Origin: Acholeplasmataceae bacterium
Lineage (GTDB): Bacteria; Bacillota_I; Bacilli_A; Acholeplasmatales; Acholeplasmataceae
Direction: 5' to 3'
Assembly (NCBI GenBank): GCA_034007485.1
Contig: JAVEQT010000004.1
Location: 1-48,844 of the forward strand
Length of the DNA: 48,844 nt
The translations under genes and the position numbers were made by a program. The notes beneath the pieces were generated by a model. The model worked only from the letters and a program-made list of their open reading frames with translations. It did not search any database and was not told the DNA's origin. Positions 29,795 through 39,972 of the stretch are shown here, in pieces. Numbering within the stretch: position 1 is the first letter of the stretch; every line of letters begins with the position of its first letter.

Positions 29795-30931
29795 ATGAAA
29801 AATTATTATTTAGATCATGCAGCAACTACACCGCTTGATGGCCATGTAATAGAAGCGATGTTACCCTACATGACAACATACTATGGGAATCCTTCTTCCA
29901 TACATCATGCGGGCATGTTAGTTAAAAGAGCGATTAATGAAGCGAGAATGCATGTTGCTGAGCTTTTTGGTGTGCAAGACAAAGGTGTTATTTTTACATC
30001 GGGTGGTACAGAAAGTACCAATTTAGCAATTCGTGGCTATGCACAAAAGCATCCACAGAAAAAAGAAATTATCACAAGCGTTATTGAACATCACGCAACA
30101 TTACATACCTTAGAGGAACTTCAAAAAGAAGGTTATATGATTCACTACCTTCCAGTCAATCACGAAGGTTTTATAGATATCGAATTATTGAAAAATACAT
30201 TGAATGATCAAACATTGATGGTGAGTATCATTTGGGCAAACAATGAGATTGGCACCATTCAAGATGTGAAAAAGATTGGTCAATTATGCCATGAAAAAGG
30301 TGTCAAATTACATGTTGATGCTGTACAGATGGTTGCTCATTTTAATGTTTCGTTTCACGATTACCCCATTGATTTTCTATCATTATCTGCGCATAAATTT
30401 TATGGACCTAAAGGTATGGGTACGCTTGTTGTTAGAGACGATAGCGATTTATCTCCCATCATCTTTGGTGGGCATCAAGAACGTGGGATAAGATCTGGTA
30501 CTGAAAATGTCTATGGCATTATAGGTTTAGCTGCAGCATTAAAACTCAAAAGTGTAAACAGTCAAAAAAGATATGACAATTTACTTCTTTTAACAGAGAG
30601 ATTTAAGACGTTAGCATCTGAATATCCTGATATAATCATCAATGGTCCTAAGGATCAAAACATGCGCCTTCCAGGTTTATTAAGTCTTTCTTTTCCAAAC
30701 GTTGAAAGTCAGTCAATGGCTTTTGCTTTGGATCAAAAAGGTATATATGTTTCAAACGGAAGTGCTTGTTTATCAAATGAAGTTACAGAGTCACATGTCT
30801 TAAAAGCGATTGGTGTCAGCCCTGATGTTGGTACGATACGCATGTCATTTGGTAAGGACACTTTAATTGATGATTTACCTGATGTTTGGGATATCATTAA
30901 AGATGTTTATGAAGAGATAAAAGAAGATTAA
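29795..30931 (+). CDS. iscS: Cysteine desulfurase (IscS/NifS)
   Basis: YLDHAATT, GNPSS.H, FTSGGTES, SAHKFYGPKG (PLP Lys), SNGSAC. Confidence 0.92.
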   Translation: MKNYYLDHAATTPLDGHVIEAMLPYMTTYYGNPSSIHHAGMLVKRAINEARMHVAELFGVQDKGVIFTSGGTESTNLAIRGYAQKHPQKKEIITSVIEHHATLHTLEELQKEGYMIHYLPVNHEGFIDIELLKNTLNDQTLMVSIIWANNEIGTIQDVKKIGQLCHEKGVKLHVDAVQMVAHFNVSFHDYPIDFLSLSAHKFYGPKGMGTLVVRDDSDLSPIIFGGHQERGIRSGTENVYGIIGLAAALKLKSVNSQKRYDNLLLLTERFKTLASEYPDIIINGPKDQNMRLPGLLSLSFPNVESQSMAFALDQKGIYVSNGSACLSNEVTESHVLKAIGVSPDVGTIRMSFGKDTLIDDLPDVWDIIKDVYEEIKED

Positions 30932-30936
30932 AGAAG

Positions 30937-30957
30937 AAGCACATGGTGCTTTTTTTT
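30937..30957 (+). terminator. Intrinsic terminator
   Basis: AAGCAC-ATG-GTGCTT followed by a T-run. Confidence 0.65.
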
Positions 30958-31065
30958 GAAAGTTCTTGTCAGAATATGTAAAAACTGAATGTTTCAAACC
31001 ATCACGGTTTTATAAACGCTTATTTAAGGCTATAATGATAATGAGAAAACGAAAGTGAGACTTTT

Positions 31066-33264
31066 ATGAAACGATTGATTTTATGGATAGCAATCCCCAT
31101 CTTAATGCTAGCTTTGTATGCGTGTGATAATCAAAAGGATCCCAATTACTTAGGATCAATTCATCTCACTTTTTTAAGCGAAACCTTAACTTTTACTGCT
31201 GATCATGAACATGTCACCGTTGAAGTTGTTGATCTAAATGACGAACTTCAAATCACTTTATCAACGATCGATCCCACTTTTATTGATGCTAAAACCATCA
31301 TTTACGTGAATGATGAAAGAATCCCGTCTCAAGATATAACATATCAAGATGGCTCCCTCGTTTTTTCTTATGAACATCCTGATCCGATTGATCTAGAAAG
31401 TTATGTCGATGTTACAGTTACGTTAGATCCAAATGGTGGAACATGGGATCAGGATACTTTTGATACACTAGATCCTCATGATGAATTAACGGTTACGGCT
31501 CTTAATGATTTATCAGGATTAACGTTTTCGCTATTTGATAATGAACAAACACTATTACGATGGTACTATAAACTTTTCATCAGTTATGATGAAGATTATG
31601 ATGCTTATCGCGTGGTTTATGCAGATGCTTCAACAGCCAGTGTTTCAAATTTGGAGCTTCCTCCTTATGACTACATATTAGGGGTTCATCTTCATACCGA
31701 AGATATAAAAGCAAAAGACTTGATCATTGAACTGACACAAGATACATATCCGATGATTTATCTTCGATTTGATATGGAACTTTCTGTCTACACGTCAGGA
31801 GATTTAAATGTCACAATTTGGACTGACGAAGAAGTGATGGGAGAAATCGAAAAAGTTTATCGTGATGTTGAAGTTTTACCAATTCCACATAAAGAAAATT
31901 TTATTTTCCTCGGTTGGAGTGATGGCGAAAATATCCATCACTTATTCCCACGATATCAAGCGAAAGATCAGATTCAAACTATCCAATATCAAGCCGTTTG
32001 GGGGTCGTTAAGCTTGCTCGAATTACAAAATTATTTAACAAGTCTCATACCATCTGTAACTACTGGAAATCTCATTTTTCCCACGACTTATAGTGGTTTT
32101 GAACTCTCATGGGAAAGTTCACATCCCGATGTCATCCAATCGGATGGAACATATAAAAAACCATATCAAATGTCTCTTGTTACACTCACTGTGGTAGCGA
32201 CTATAGATGATACAGCTGAAACATTATATTTTGAAACCGAAGTGACGGGATATAAATCTTTAGAAGGACCGATTGCTTCATCTTATATTTATCGTAATTT
32301 TAGCAGTGTGAATACAAGTTTCTTTGAAACGCTTGATATCATCAATGGTGCATTTATTAAAGCGGAAGCTGATGGAACATTGACGGGGTCTGCCTTTCTT
32401 TCCAATATGCAAACCTATATCTTACCTAAGGCAAGAGAGTATGGCAATTGGGTCATTCCATCCATAGCACCTGAATCAGCTTGGTCGACGATAGCTTCAT
32501 CATCTACTACAGTGAATAGATTTGCTGATGAGATTGTCAATTTGATCAACACCTATGGTTTTGATGGTGTTGATATCGACTGGGAAACACCTACGGATGG
32601 TGAAAAAACGAGATATACAGCCTTAATGAAAGTTGTTTACGAAAAAGTTAAAGCGAATAATCCTAATCATTTAGTCACAACAGCCATCACAGGAGGACAG
32701 TGGCAACCACCACGCTATGATCTTCTCAATTCGCTGCCATACATTGATTACATCAACATGATGACTTATGGTATGGTCAGCTCAGGAGCACAATATCAAA
32801 ACGCACTTTATGCAGCATCTTCTTATCATAATACAACGTGGAATATCGGTAAAACCTTAACGAGCTGTTCAATTGATGAATCAGTAAAAATATTTAATAA
32901 CACTTTTCAAGTACCATCTTCAAAGATTATTGCTGGTGTTGCATTTTATGGTATTAGACAAACAAGAACGTATACAACATCGTGGTCGAGTTGGCAAAAT
33001 GCAGGCTCCGTTCACTACAGTGATATCGCAAACATTTATATGAAAGACAATTCATATACGTATGCTTATGATGAAAGAGCTGGTGTACCTTATCTTTATA
33101 AAAATGATGGCAGTGAGTTTATATCTTATGATAACCGTAGGTCCATCATTGAGAAAAGCGAATACATTATAGAGCAAGGACTAGCTGGCATGATGTATTG
33201 GGAAAATGGATTGGATACCACAGGTGCATTATTAGATGCAATGAGAACTGGACTAGAAAAATGA
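31066..33264 (+). CDS. Lipoprotein with C-terminal GH18 (chitinase-like) catalytic domain and Ig-like stalk
   Basis: Lipobox LYAC; GFDGVDIDWE (DxxDxDxE); MMTY, ISYDN..SI..K, GLAGMMYWE; WESSHPDVI..DG Ig-like segment. Confidence 0.9.
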   Translation: MKRLILWIAIPILMLALYACDNQKDPNYLGSIHLTFLSETLTFTADHEHVTVEVVDLNDELQITLSTIDPTFIDAKTIIYVNDERIPSQDITYQDGSLVFSYEHPDPIDLESYVDVTVTLDPNGGTWDQDTFDTLDPHDELTVTALNDLSGLTFSLFDNEQTLLRWYYKLFISYDEDYDAYRVVYADASTASVSNLELPPYDYILGVHLHTEDIKAKDLIIELTQDTYPMIYLRFDMELSVYTSGDLNVTIWTDEEVMGEIEKVYRDVEVLPIPHKENFIFLGWSDGENIHHLFPRYQAKDQIQTIQYQAVWGSLSLLELQNYLTSLIPSVTTGNLIFPTTYSGFELSWESSHPDVIQSDGTYKKPYQMSLVTLTVVATIDDTAETLYFETEVTGYKSLEGPIASSYIYRNFSSVNTSFFETLDIINGAFIKAEADGTLTGSAFLSNMQTYILPKAREYGNWVIPSIAPESAWSTIASSSTTVNRFADEIVNLINTYGFDGVDIDWETPTDGEKTRYTALMKVVYEKVKANNPNHLVTTAITGGQWQPPRYDLLNSLPYIDYINMMTYGMVSSGAQYQNALYAASSYHNTTWNIGKTLTSCSIDESVKIFNNTFQVPSSKIIAGVAFYGIRQTRTYTTSWSSWQNAGSVHYSDIANIYMKDNSYTYAYDERAGVPYLYKNDGSEFISYDNRRSIIEKSEYIIEQGLAGMMYWENGLDTTGALLDAMRTGLEK

Positions 33265-34106
33265 ATCAAATCTTAGTTAAAAAGATTAATCACATCTTTG
33301 ATGGTTATACCATAGAGGCTTATCTAAGCCATTTTCACCTTGCTAGAAAAACGCGATTTCTTTTATCTTTAGGCCAAATCAAAGTTCATGGTGATATCGT
33401 TAAAAATGATGTTGTTCTCCATGAAAATGATGAATTAGAAATCGATTTTTCTAGTCTATCAAAAGCTTATCCTAAAGCATTTGACACAAATGACATAGAC
33501 ATCATTTATGAAGATGATGATCTTTTAATCGTTGATAAACCCAGCGGATTACTCGTTTACGATGATGGTCAAAACAAGGACAATCTTACAGGACGAGTAG
33601 CACATTATTATCAAAAGAAGGGTTATCTGCTTCCTGTGCTTCCCGTCCATCGCATTGATGAGGAAACCAGCGGCATGATCATTTATGCTAAGCATCCTTT
33701 AGCACTAAGTTACATGTCATACCTGTTTGAATCAAAACAAATTAAAAAGGTTTATCAATGTTTAGTTTCTGGCCATTTAAAAGAAAAAAAAGCAACGCTT
33801 ATAAAACGCGTTGCTCAAGATCGTCATACTTCAAAAATGATAGTTAGTAAGAATGGGGATGAAGCAATCACGTCTATTGAAGTGCTAGATGTTCGTGATC
33901 AAATCAGCAGGCTATCTGTACGTATTGAAACAGGTAGGAAGCATCAAATCAGAGTTCATCTATCGGATTATGGATACCCGATTATCGGTGACAAGCTCTA
34001 CCAAGGTGTACAGAGCGAAAGACTCATGCTTCATTTCACAAATGTCTCATTTGTTCACCCCTCTACAAAAGAAATGCTCGACATCCATTCAAAGGTTCCC
34101 TTTTAA
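33261..34106 (+). CDS. RluA family pseudouridine synthase
   Basis: VDKPSGLLV, VHRIDEETSG, ETGRKHQIRVH, PIIGDKLY; ATGA overlap with the upstream stop. Confidence 0.94.
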   Translation: MNQILVKKINHIFDGYTIEAYLSHFHLARKTRFLLSLGQIKVHGDIVKNDVVLHENDELEIDFSSLSKAYPKAFDTNDIDIIYEDDDLLIVDKPSGLLVYDDGQNKDNLTGRVAHYYQKKGYLLPVLPVHRIDEETSGMIIYAKHPLALSYMSYLFESKQIKKVYQCLVSGHLKEKKATLIKRVAQDRHTSKMIVSKNGDEAITSIEVLDVRDQISRLSVRIETGRKHQIRVHLSDYGYPIIGDKLYQGVQSERLMLHFTNVSFVHPSTKEMLDIHSKVPF

Positions 34107-34107
34107 T

Positions 34108-34665
34108 CTATTTATCAATCAAATGTCTGATAATGTCAGACATTTCTTTTTTGATATCCGTCACTTCAAAATAGGGGATATGAAATTTTCTACAATCATC
34201 ACCAAGACGCTTACTTTCATTGACTAAATAGACACATAAATCATGAAAGTCTTGTTGATTTAAATCAGAAAACCAAGGATTATCCATAAGGTGACGATGT
34301 GCATTAAGTTCACTCGCTTTTTCCGTTGGATCAATATGTTCATAGACCAAATATAAAACTTTAATTTGATGGGGATATAAGTCAATGAGAGATTTAGCAA
34401 AACAAGGCAAAAAATGAACGCCTTCAATTAAGTAATCACCTTGATGCGTTAAAAGGGTTTCGATTAACCCCTTGACATAGGGTTCTAAAAAAAGTGAAAC
34501 TGTCGAATCAGAGGCATGGATATTGAGTTCGCTGTCAGGGTTTCCTTTATGGAGCATCATCATGATGTGATCGGTTTGTATCAGTTGTAAATGATGTGTT
34601 TTCATCAATGTTTTAGCGACTAAAGATTTACCCGATTTAGCAACGCCTGTTAAGATATAGATCAT
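34108..34665 (-). CDS. P-loop kinase-like protein (2-phosphoglycerate kinase/adenylate kinase-like)
   Basis: ILTGVAKSGKS Walker A; LIEGVH. Confidence 0.75.
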   Translation of the reverse strand: MIYILTGVAKSGKSLVAKTLMKTHHLQLIQTDHIMMMLHKGNPDSELNIHASDSTVSLFLEPYVKGLIETLLTHQGDYLIEGVHFLPCFAKSLIDLYPHQIKVLYLVYEHIDPTEKASELNAHRHLMDNPWFSDLNQQDFHDLCVYLVNESKRLGDDCRKFHIPYFEVTDIKKEMSDIIRHLIDK

Positions 34666-34771
34666 AGAAATACCTCCATATCTATTGTATCATTTCACTT
34701 AACTTTTGCGCTTTAATCATTAAAAAAATAAAGCTTCGTATATAATAGAAGTGATAGAGAGGAGATCATAT

Positions 34772-35227
34772 ATGTCAACAAGTACATTTATTATGTTAAA
34801 ACCAGATGCTATCGATAGACATTTAGCAGAGGATATCATCCAAATCTTTTTAGATGAAGGATATCAAATTGTACGGAAAAAAGAAGTCATTGTCGATGAA
34901 AAACTGATACTCAAACATTATGAAGAGGTTATTCAAAAAGTGAATCAAGCCTATTTCCAAGAAGCCATTCTCAAAACCTTTGTCGGAAAAAAAGTAATCG
35001 CTTTAGAATTGAGTTCATCTTCAAACACAATCATTGATGATGTTAGAACACTCGTCGGGGTTACAGATCCAGTGAAAGCTGATAAAAAGAGTATTAGAGG
35101 ACGATATGCCTTAGATTCACTTGAGGTAGCGATGAAAGAAAAGCGTACACTAAGGAACTTAATTCACGCATCAGATTCTTTCGAAAATGCGAAACAAGAA
35201 ATGGCATTATGGTTTGGAAAATGTTAA
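34772..35227 (+). CDS. ndk: Nucleoside diphosphate kinase
   Basis: TFIMLKPDA, HY, G.TDP..A...SIRG, NLIHASDS (phospho-His). Confidence 0.93.
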   Translation: MSTSTFIMLKPDAIDRHLAEDIIQIFLDEGYQIVRKKEVIVDEKLILKHYEEVIQKVNQAYFQEAILKTFVGKKVIALELSSSSNTIIDDVRTLVGVTDPVKADKKSIRGRYALDSLEVAMKEKRTLRNLIHASDSFENAKQEMALWFGKC

Positions 35228-35244
35228 GAAATCATAAAAAAAGT

Positions 35245-35275
35245 GAACCAGATGGCAGCATCTGGTTCTTTTTTT
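35245..35275 (+). terminator. ndk terminator
   Basis: GAACCAGATG-GCAG-CATCTGGTTC followed by a T-run. Confidence 0.82.
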
Positions 35276-35533
35276 ATGTGTGCATATAAACACAATATGG
35301 TTCATTCTTCGAAAATAATGCTTATTAACATTAAAAAGTTCACCTAAAAAAGATATAAAAACATATTGATACATTAACTAACGACAGCAAGCAACACACT
35401 TATGATTTAATATTTGCAACTGGCTTTAAAGATAAGGACAGTGCAACATTCAGCAACATTAATTTCACACCATACGAATAAGAACAAGTTTCTTTTTAGT
35501 ATATGAGTAAGCTTAGTTAACTAAGCAAGCAAG

Positions 35534-35565
35534 AAAGGGACGCTATCCTCTTAGTCCCTTTTTTG
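35534..35565 (+). terminator. Terminator-like hairpin upstream of the amidase gene
   Basis: AAAGGGAC...GTCCCTTT followed by a T-run. Confidence 0.6.
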
Positions 35566-35621
35566 TTTTTTATAAGGCTTATTTTGGTACAATAGGAATA
35601 AAGATATAAGGAGAACGTCAT

Positions 35622-36977
35622 ATGTCTATATTAGAACTAAAAAAACGATTAGAAGAAAATGAAGTAACCAGTGTAGAATTAGTTCAAAAAGCGATTGAAA
35701 TGCATGAACGTTGGATCGATAAGAATGCCATCGGTGTTTTAAGTCCACAAGCTTTGTTAGTAGCAAGTCATCGTGATCAAGAAAGAAAAGAAGGAAAAAT
35801 CAGAGGCACTCTTCATGGGATCCCTCTTGTCATTAAAGATAATATTTTATATCGTGATGGTACACCAACAACAGCAAATGCATTTTCTCTTCATGACCTC
35901 ATTCCACCTTATGATGCTTTTATTGTTCAAAGACTGATGGATGCAGGAGCTATTATCCTTGGAAAAGCCAATTTATCTGAGTTTGCTTATTTTATGAGCT
36001 ATGATGATATGCCATCAGGTTACGGTTCAATGTATGGGCAAGTGAAGCATCCTTTTGATGAAAAAATTGATCCATATGGATCATCAACAGGTAGTGCAGT
36101 AGCAGTTAAATTAGGGATTGTTGATATTTCTATTGGGACAGAAACTAATGGATCTTTAATGGCACCTGCCTATCAGACACAAATTGTTTCGTTTAAACCA
36201 TCATTTGGTTACGTGAGTAAAAAAGGCATTATCCCAATATCACCTACGCAAGATACAGCAGGACCTATGGCATTGACGGTGAGTGATTGTGCACTGCTCA
36301 TGGATGTGTTAGCTCAAGAAGATCAACATGATCCATCGACACTTGGGCTTAAAAGACCTCATTCATTTTATGATGGCATAGATAATAAATTAGCCCCCTC
36401 TAAGATAGGCTTAATCACATTTAAAGATAAACCCTATACAAAAGGTAATCTTGAGGTTGTTGAAAAAGCAACCAAAAAACTTGAGTCACTCGGACATCAG
36501 GTTATTCCCATTGAGATTGATGTTCCAGAATTATCCAATGACCCAACATTGCTTGTTGAATTTAAATATGCGATCAATCAGTTTTTAAATGAAGTAAAAG
36601 GTTCAACAAACATGACATCGCTATCTGATATTATTACATTCAATCAAGCGAATGAAAGAAGATGCTTACGCTATGGGCAAAGCATTTTAACAAAAGCCAA
36701 TGAAACATCAGGAGATTTAACTGATCCTGACTATCTCAGTATAAGAAAAGAACTATTTGGTAAAGCTTCCTTGCTAGAAGAAATAATGAAAGAGAAAGAT
36801 TTAATCGCAGTCATGACACCTTTTTGGATGGGGTTTGCACCGATATATGGTAATCCATCGATATGTATACCTGAAGGTATAATTGATGACATACCTAAAG
36901 CTATAGTTTTCGTTGGTAGAAAATATGATGACAAAGTTTTGCTAAGATTAGCTCATCTTTATCACATTCAAAAATAA
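35622..36977 (+). CDS. Amidase signature family protein
   Basis: LHGIPLVIKDNI (Lys), GKANLSEFA, GSSTGSAVAV, GTETNGS (Ser). Confidence 0.93.
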   Translation: MSILELKKRLEENEVTSVELVQKAIEMHERWIDKNAIGVLSPQALLVASHRDQERKEGKIRGTLHGIPLVIKDNILYRDGTPTTANAFSLHDLIPPYDAFIVQRLMDAGAIILGKANLSEFAYFMSYDDMPSGYGSMYGQVKHPFDEKIDPYGSSTGSAVAVKLGIVDISIGTETNGSLMAPAYQTQIVSFKPSFGYVSKKGIIPISPTQDTAGPMALTVSDCALLMDVLAQEDQHDPSTLGLKRPHSFYDGIDNKLAPSKIGLITFKDKPYTKGNLEVVEKATKKLESLGHQVIPIEIDVPELSNDPTLLVEFKYAINQFLNEVKGSTNMTSLSDIITFNQANERRCLRYGQSILTKANETSGDLTDPDYLSIRKELFGKASLLEEIMKEKDLIAVMTPFWMGFAPIYGNPSICIPEGIIDDIPKAIVFVGRKYDDKVLLRLAHLYHIQK

Positions 36978-37006
36978 GCCCTTAAAAGATAAGGGTTTTA
37001 TTTTTT
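36976..37006 (+). terminator. Amidase terminator
   Basis: AAGCCCTTA-AAAGA-TAAGGGTTT followed by a T-run. Confidence 0.65.
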
Positions 37007-37109
37007 AGCTTTCAAGTTATAAACATGATACATAAAAATGTTTTTATTGTTTAAAGGCAAACGAAAACCTTTTCGTTAAATCTTTATGAAATAAATAAGA
37101 AATTTTGTC

Positions 37110-37138
37110 TTGTATGACTTGTTTGAAAGTGTTACAAT
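37110..37138 (+). promoter_or_regulatory. Promoter of the nucleoside ABC operon
   Basis: TTGTAT-N17-TACAAT with TG extension. Confidence 0.55.
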
Positions 37139-37178
37139 GATATTGTTAGAACAATAGCCAAAAAATAGAGGAGGAATT

Positions 37179-38288
37179 ATGAGAAAGGTCATTGTAATGC
37201 TTTTAGTTTTACTTTTTGCAGTCGTTCTTGTTGGATGTGGTGAAAAAACACTTAATCCAGAAGATCAGAAGATCGTTTTGATTACAGATAAAGGTGACAT
37301 CACCGACAAGTCATTTAACCAAGGTGCTTACGAAGGTGTCAAAGCTTATGCGGAAGCAAACGATATTGAATATGGTTATTTAAGACCAACAGAAGCTACA
37401 AATGAACAATATATTGCAGCAATTGAACAAGCAATCGCAGATGGTGCAACCATTATCGTTACACCAGGTTACTTATTCGAACCAGCAATTAATGCAGTTC
37501 AAGGCGACTATCCAAATGTTTATTTCATTTTATTAGATGGTAGCCCAGCAAATGTTGATGGTGGTACAATTGAAGATAACGTATATTCTGTATTCTATGC
37601 TGAAGAACAATCAGGTTTCTTAGCAGGTTATGCAGCAGTTATGGATGGCTATCGTAGTTTAGGTTTCATGGGTGGATTGGCAGTTCCAGCTGTTCAACGT
37701 TTCGGTCATGGTTTCGTTCAAGGTGCAGCAAAAGCAGCTGACGAACTTGGTTTAGCAAATGATGCAGTTACCATTCAATACCTATACACAGGCGATTTCA
37801 AGGCTACTCCAGAAGTCCAAGCAGCAGCAGCTACCATGTTTAATGGTGGTGTTGAAGTTATCTTTGCATGCGGTGGTGCGGTTGGTCAATCAGTTATGGC
37901 TGCAGCAGCAACAGCTGGTGCAAAAGTTATTGGTGTTGACGTAGACCAAAGTGGTGACTCAGATACAGTTATTACATCTGCAATGAAGAATTTAGCAGGT
38001 TCTGTACAACAAGCTCTTGAAGCATTGTTTGAAGCAGGTAACTGGGATGAAGAATTCGGTGGTAAATCTGTCGTTCTTGATGCTTCACGTCAAGGTGTTC
38101 AACTTCCAATCGCAAATTCAGATTTCGCAACATTCACAACAGCAGATTACGAAGAACTTCTTGGTAAACTTGTTGACGGTACATATACAGTAAGCAACGT
38201 AATTGGTGCTTTCGGTGATGATGGTACTGCAGCTGAACAATTCGAAACAGCTAAAGTTAAAGTTCAAGTTATTCTATTTGAAGGTTAA
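37179..38288 (+). CDS. BMP family ABC transporter substrate-binding lipoprotein (purine nucleoside)
   Basis: Lipobox LVGC; DKSFNQGAYEG, EEQSGFLAG, IGVDVDQ, TSAMK. Confidence 0.93.
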   Translation: MRKVIVMLLVLLFAVVLVGCGEKTLNPEDQKIVLITDKGDITDKSFNQGAYEGVKAYAEANDIEYGYLRPTEATNEQYIAAIEQAIADGATIIVTPGYLFEPAINAVQGDYPNVYFILLDGSPANVDGGTIEDNVYSVFYAEEQSGFLAGYAAVMDGYRSLGFMGGLAVPAVQRFGHGFVQGAAKAADELGLANDAVTIQYLYTGDFKATPEVQAAAATMFNGGVEVIFACGGAVGQSVMAAAATAGAKVIGVDVDQSGDSDTVITSAMKNLAGSVQQALEALFEAGNWDEEFGGKSVVLDASRQGVQLPIANSDFATFTTADYEELLGKLVDGTYTVSNVIGAFGDDGTAAEQFETAKVKVQVILFEG

Positions 38289-38301
38289 TTGATATTGATT
38301 G

Positions 38302-38338
38302 ATGGGGATAGACATGATGAAGTGCTATCCCCATTTTT
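38302..38338 (+). terminator. Intra-operon hairpin after the BMP gene (terminator or mRNA stabiliser)
   Basis: ATGGGGATAG...CTATCCCCAT followed by TTTT. Confidence 0.65.
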
Positions 38339-38388
38339 CTTCAATTTTTATGGCTTACCCGTAAACGCAGAGAAATGGGGTTTTTTTG

Positions 38389-39972
38389 ATGCACAATATA
38401 ATAGAAATGCAACATATTACAAAACGATTTCCAGGAATTGTTGCTAATGATGATGTAAATTTCACTTTAAGAAAAGGTGAAATCCACGCACTACTCGGAG
38501 AAAATGGTGCAGGGAAATCAACTTTAATGAGCATCCTATTTGGTATGTATAGACCAGATGAGGGTGTTATTTTAAAGAATGGTGAACCCATTCAAATCTT
38601 AAATCCAAATGATGCGAATGAGCATGGTATTGGAATGGTTCATCAGCATTTTAAACTGGTTGAAGTGTTTTCAATTCTTGATAATATAATCATGGGTGCA
38701 GAACCTACTAATTTTGGCTTTATAAAGAGAAAAGAAGCCAAAGAAAATATTTTAGAATTGTGTAAACAATATGAATTACTGGTTGATGTTGATGCAAAGA
38801 TTCAAGATGTGAGTGTCGGTATGCAACAGCGCACAGAAATTTTAAAAATGCTCTATCGACATAATGATATTTTAATCTTTGATGAACCAACAGCAGTTTT
38901 AACTCCACAAGAAATCAAACAATTAATGATCACGATGAAGAATTTAGTAAATGAAGGCAAATCGATCATTTTTATTACACATAAGCTTGATGAAATCATG
39001 GAAGTATGTGACAGAGTAACAGTACTTAGACGCGGTAAAGCAATCGGTACAGTAGAAATTAAAAACACGACAAAAGAAGAATTATCCAAGATGATGGTTG
39101 GACGCGATGTCGTATTTGAAATTGAAAAGAAACCACAAAAACTTGGTGATGTCGTGCTTGAAGTCAACGACTTAACCGTCGTATCAGATCGTACAAAGAA
39201 ACATGTTGTTGATCATGTTTCATTTAGAGTTAGAAAAGGTGAGATCGTATGTATTGCAGGAGTTGATGGTAACGGTCAAAGCGAACTTGGATTAGTTTTA
39301 TCCGGATTAATCAAAGCTACTTCTGGACAAATACTTATTTCTGGTGATGATGTTACACAAAAATCGATTCGTTATCGTAACGATCATGGTTTAGCGCATA
39401 TTCCAGAGGATCGACACAAGCATGGTCTGATCTTACAAGACAATTTAGCAAATAACTTGGTGTTGAAAAAATATCATATCAATCCTTTCCAACGCCATGG
39501 TATTATCAATAAAGAACCAATATTTGAACTAGGGAATAAATTAATTGATCACTATGATATACGTAGTGGGCAACGATTAAAAACACGTGTTGGCTCGATG
39601 TCTGGCGGTAATCAACAAAAAGCAATTATCGCACGTGAACTAGACAAAGATTCTGATGTTTTGTTATCTATTCAAACTGTTCGTGGTCTTGATGTTGGCG
39701 CTGTCGAATTTGCTCATCGTCAAATCATTAAAGCGAGAGATGAAGGTAAAGCAGTCTTAATGATTTCATTTGAACTCGATGAAGTCATGAGTGTAAGTGA
39801 CCGCATTTTAGTCATGTATGAAGGTCAAATCGTCAAAAATGTGATGGCAAAGGAAATTTCGATTGAAGAACTTGGTCTTTATATGGCTGGTGTTAAACGA
39901 GATACGGTATTCGTTGATGATTTATCAAAACCAATACCTGCTTCAATAGAGGGGGATCAAACCCATGAATGA
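38389..39972 (+). CDS. Nucleoside/sugar ABC transporter ATP-binding protein (double ATPase, CUT2 type)
   Basis: GENGAGKST, FDEPTAVLT, MSGGNQQK, RGLDVGA. Confidence 0.95.
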   Translation: MHNIIEMQHITKRFPGIVANDDVNFTLRKGEIHALLGENGAGKSTLMSILFGMYRPDEGVILKNGEPIQILNPNDANEHGIGMVHQHFKLVEVFSILDNIIMGAEPTNFGFIKRKEAKENILELCKQYELLVDVDAKIQDVSVGMQQRTEILKMLYRHNDILIFDEPTAVLTPQEIKQLMITMKNLVNEGKSIIFITHKLDEIMEVCDRVTVLRRGKAIGTVEIKNTTKEELSKMMVGRDVVFEIEKKPQKLGDVVLEVNDLTVVSDRTKKHVVDHVSFRVRKGEIVCIAGVDGNGQSELGLVLSGLIKATSGQILISGDDVTQKSIRYRNDHGLAHIPEDRHKHGLILQDNLANNLVLKKYHINPFQRHGIINKEPIFELGNKLIDHYDIRSGQRLKTRVGSMSGGNQQKAIIARELDKDSDVLLSIQTVRGLDVGAVEFAHRQIIKARDEGKAVLMISFELDEVMSVSDRILVMYEGQIVKNVMAKEISIEELGLYMAGVKRDTVFVDDLSKPIPASIEGDQTHE

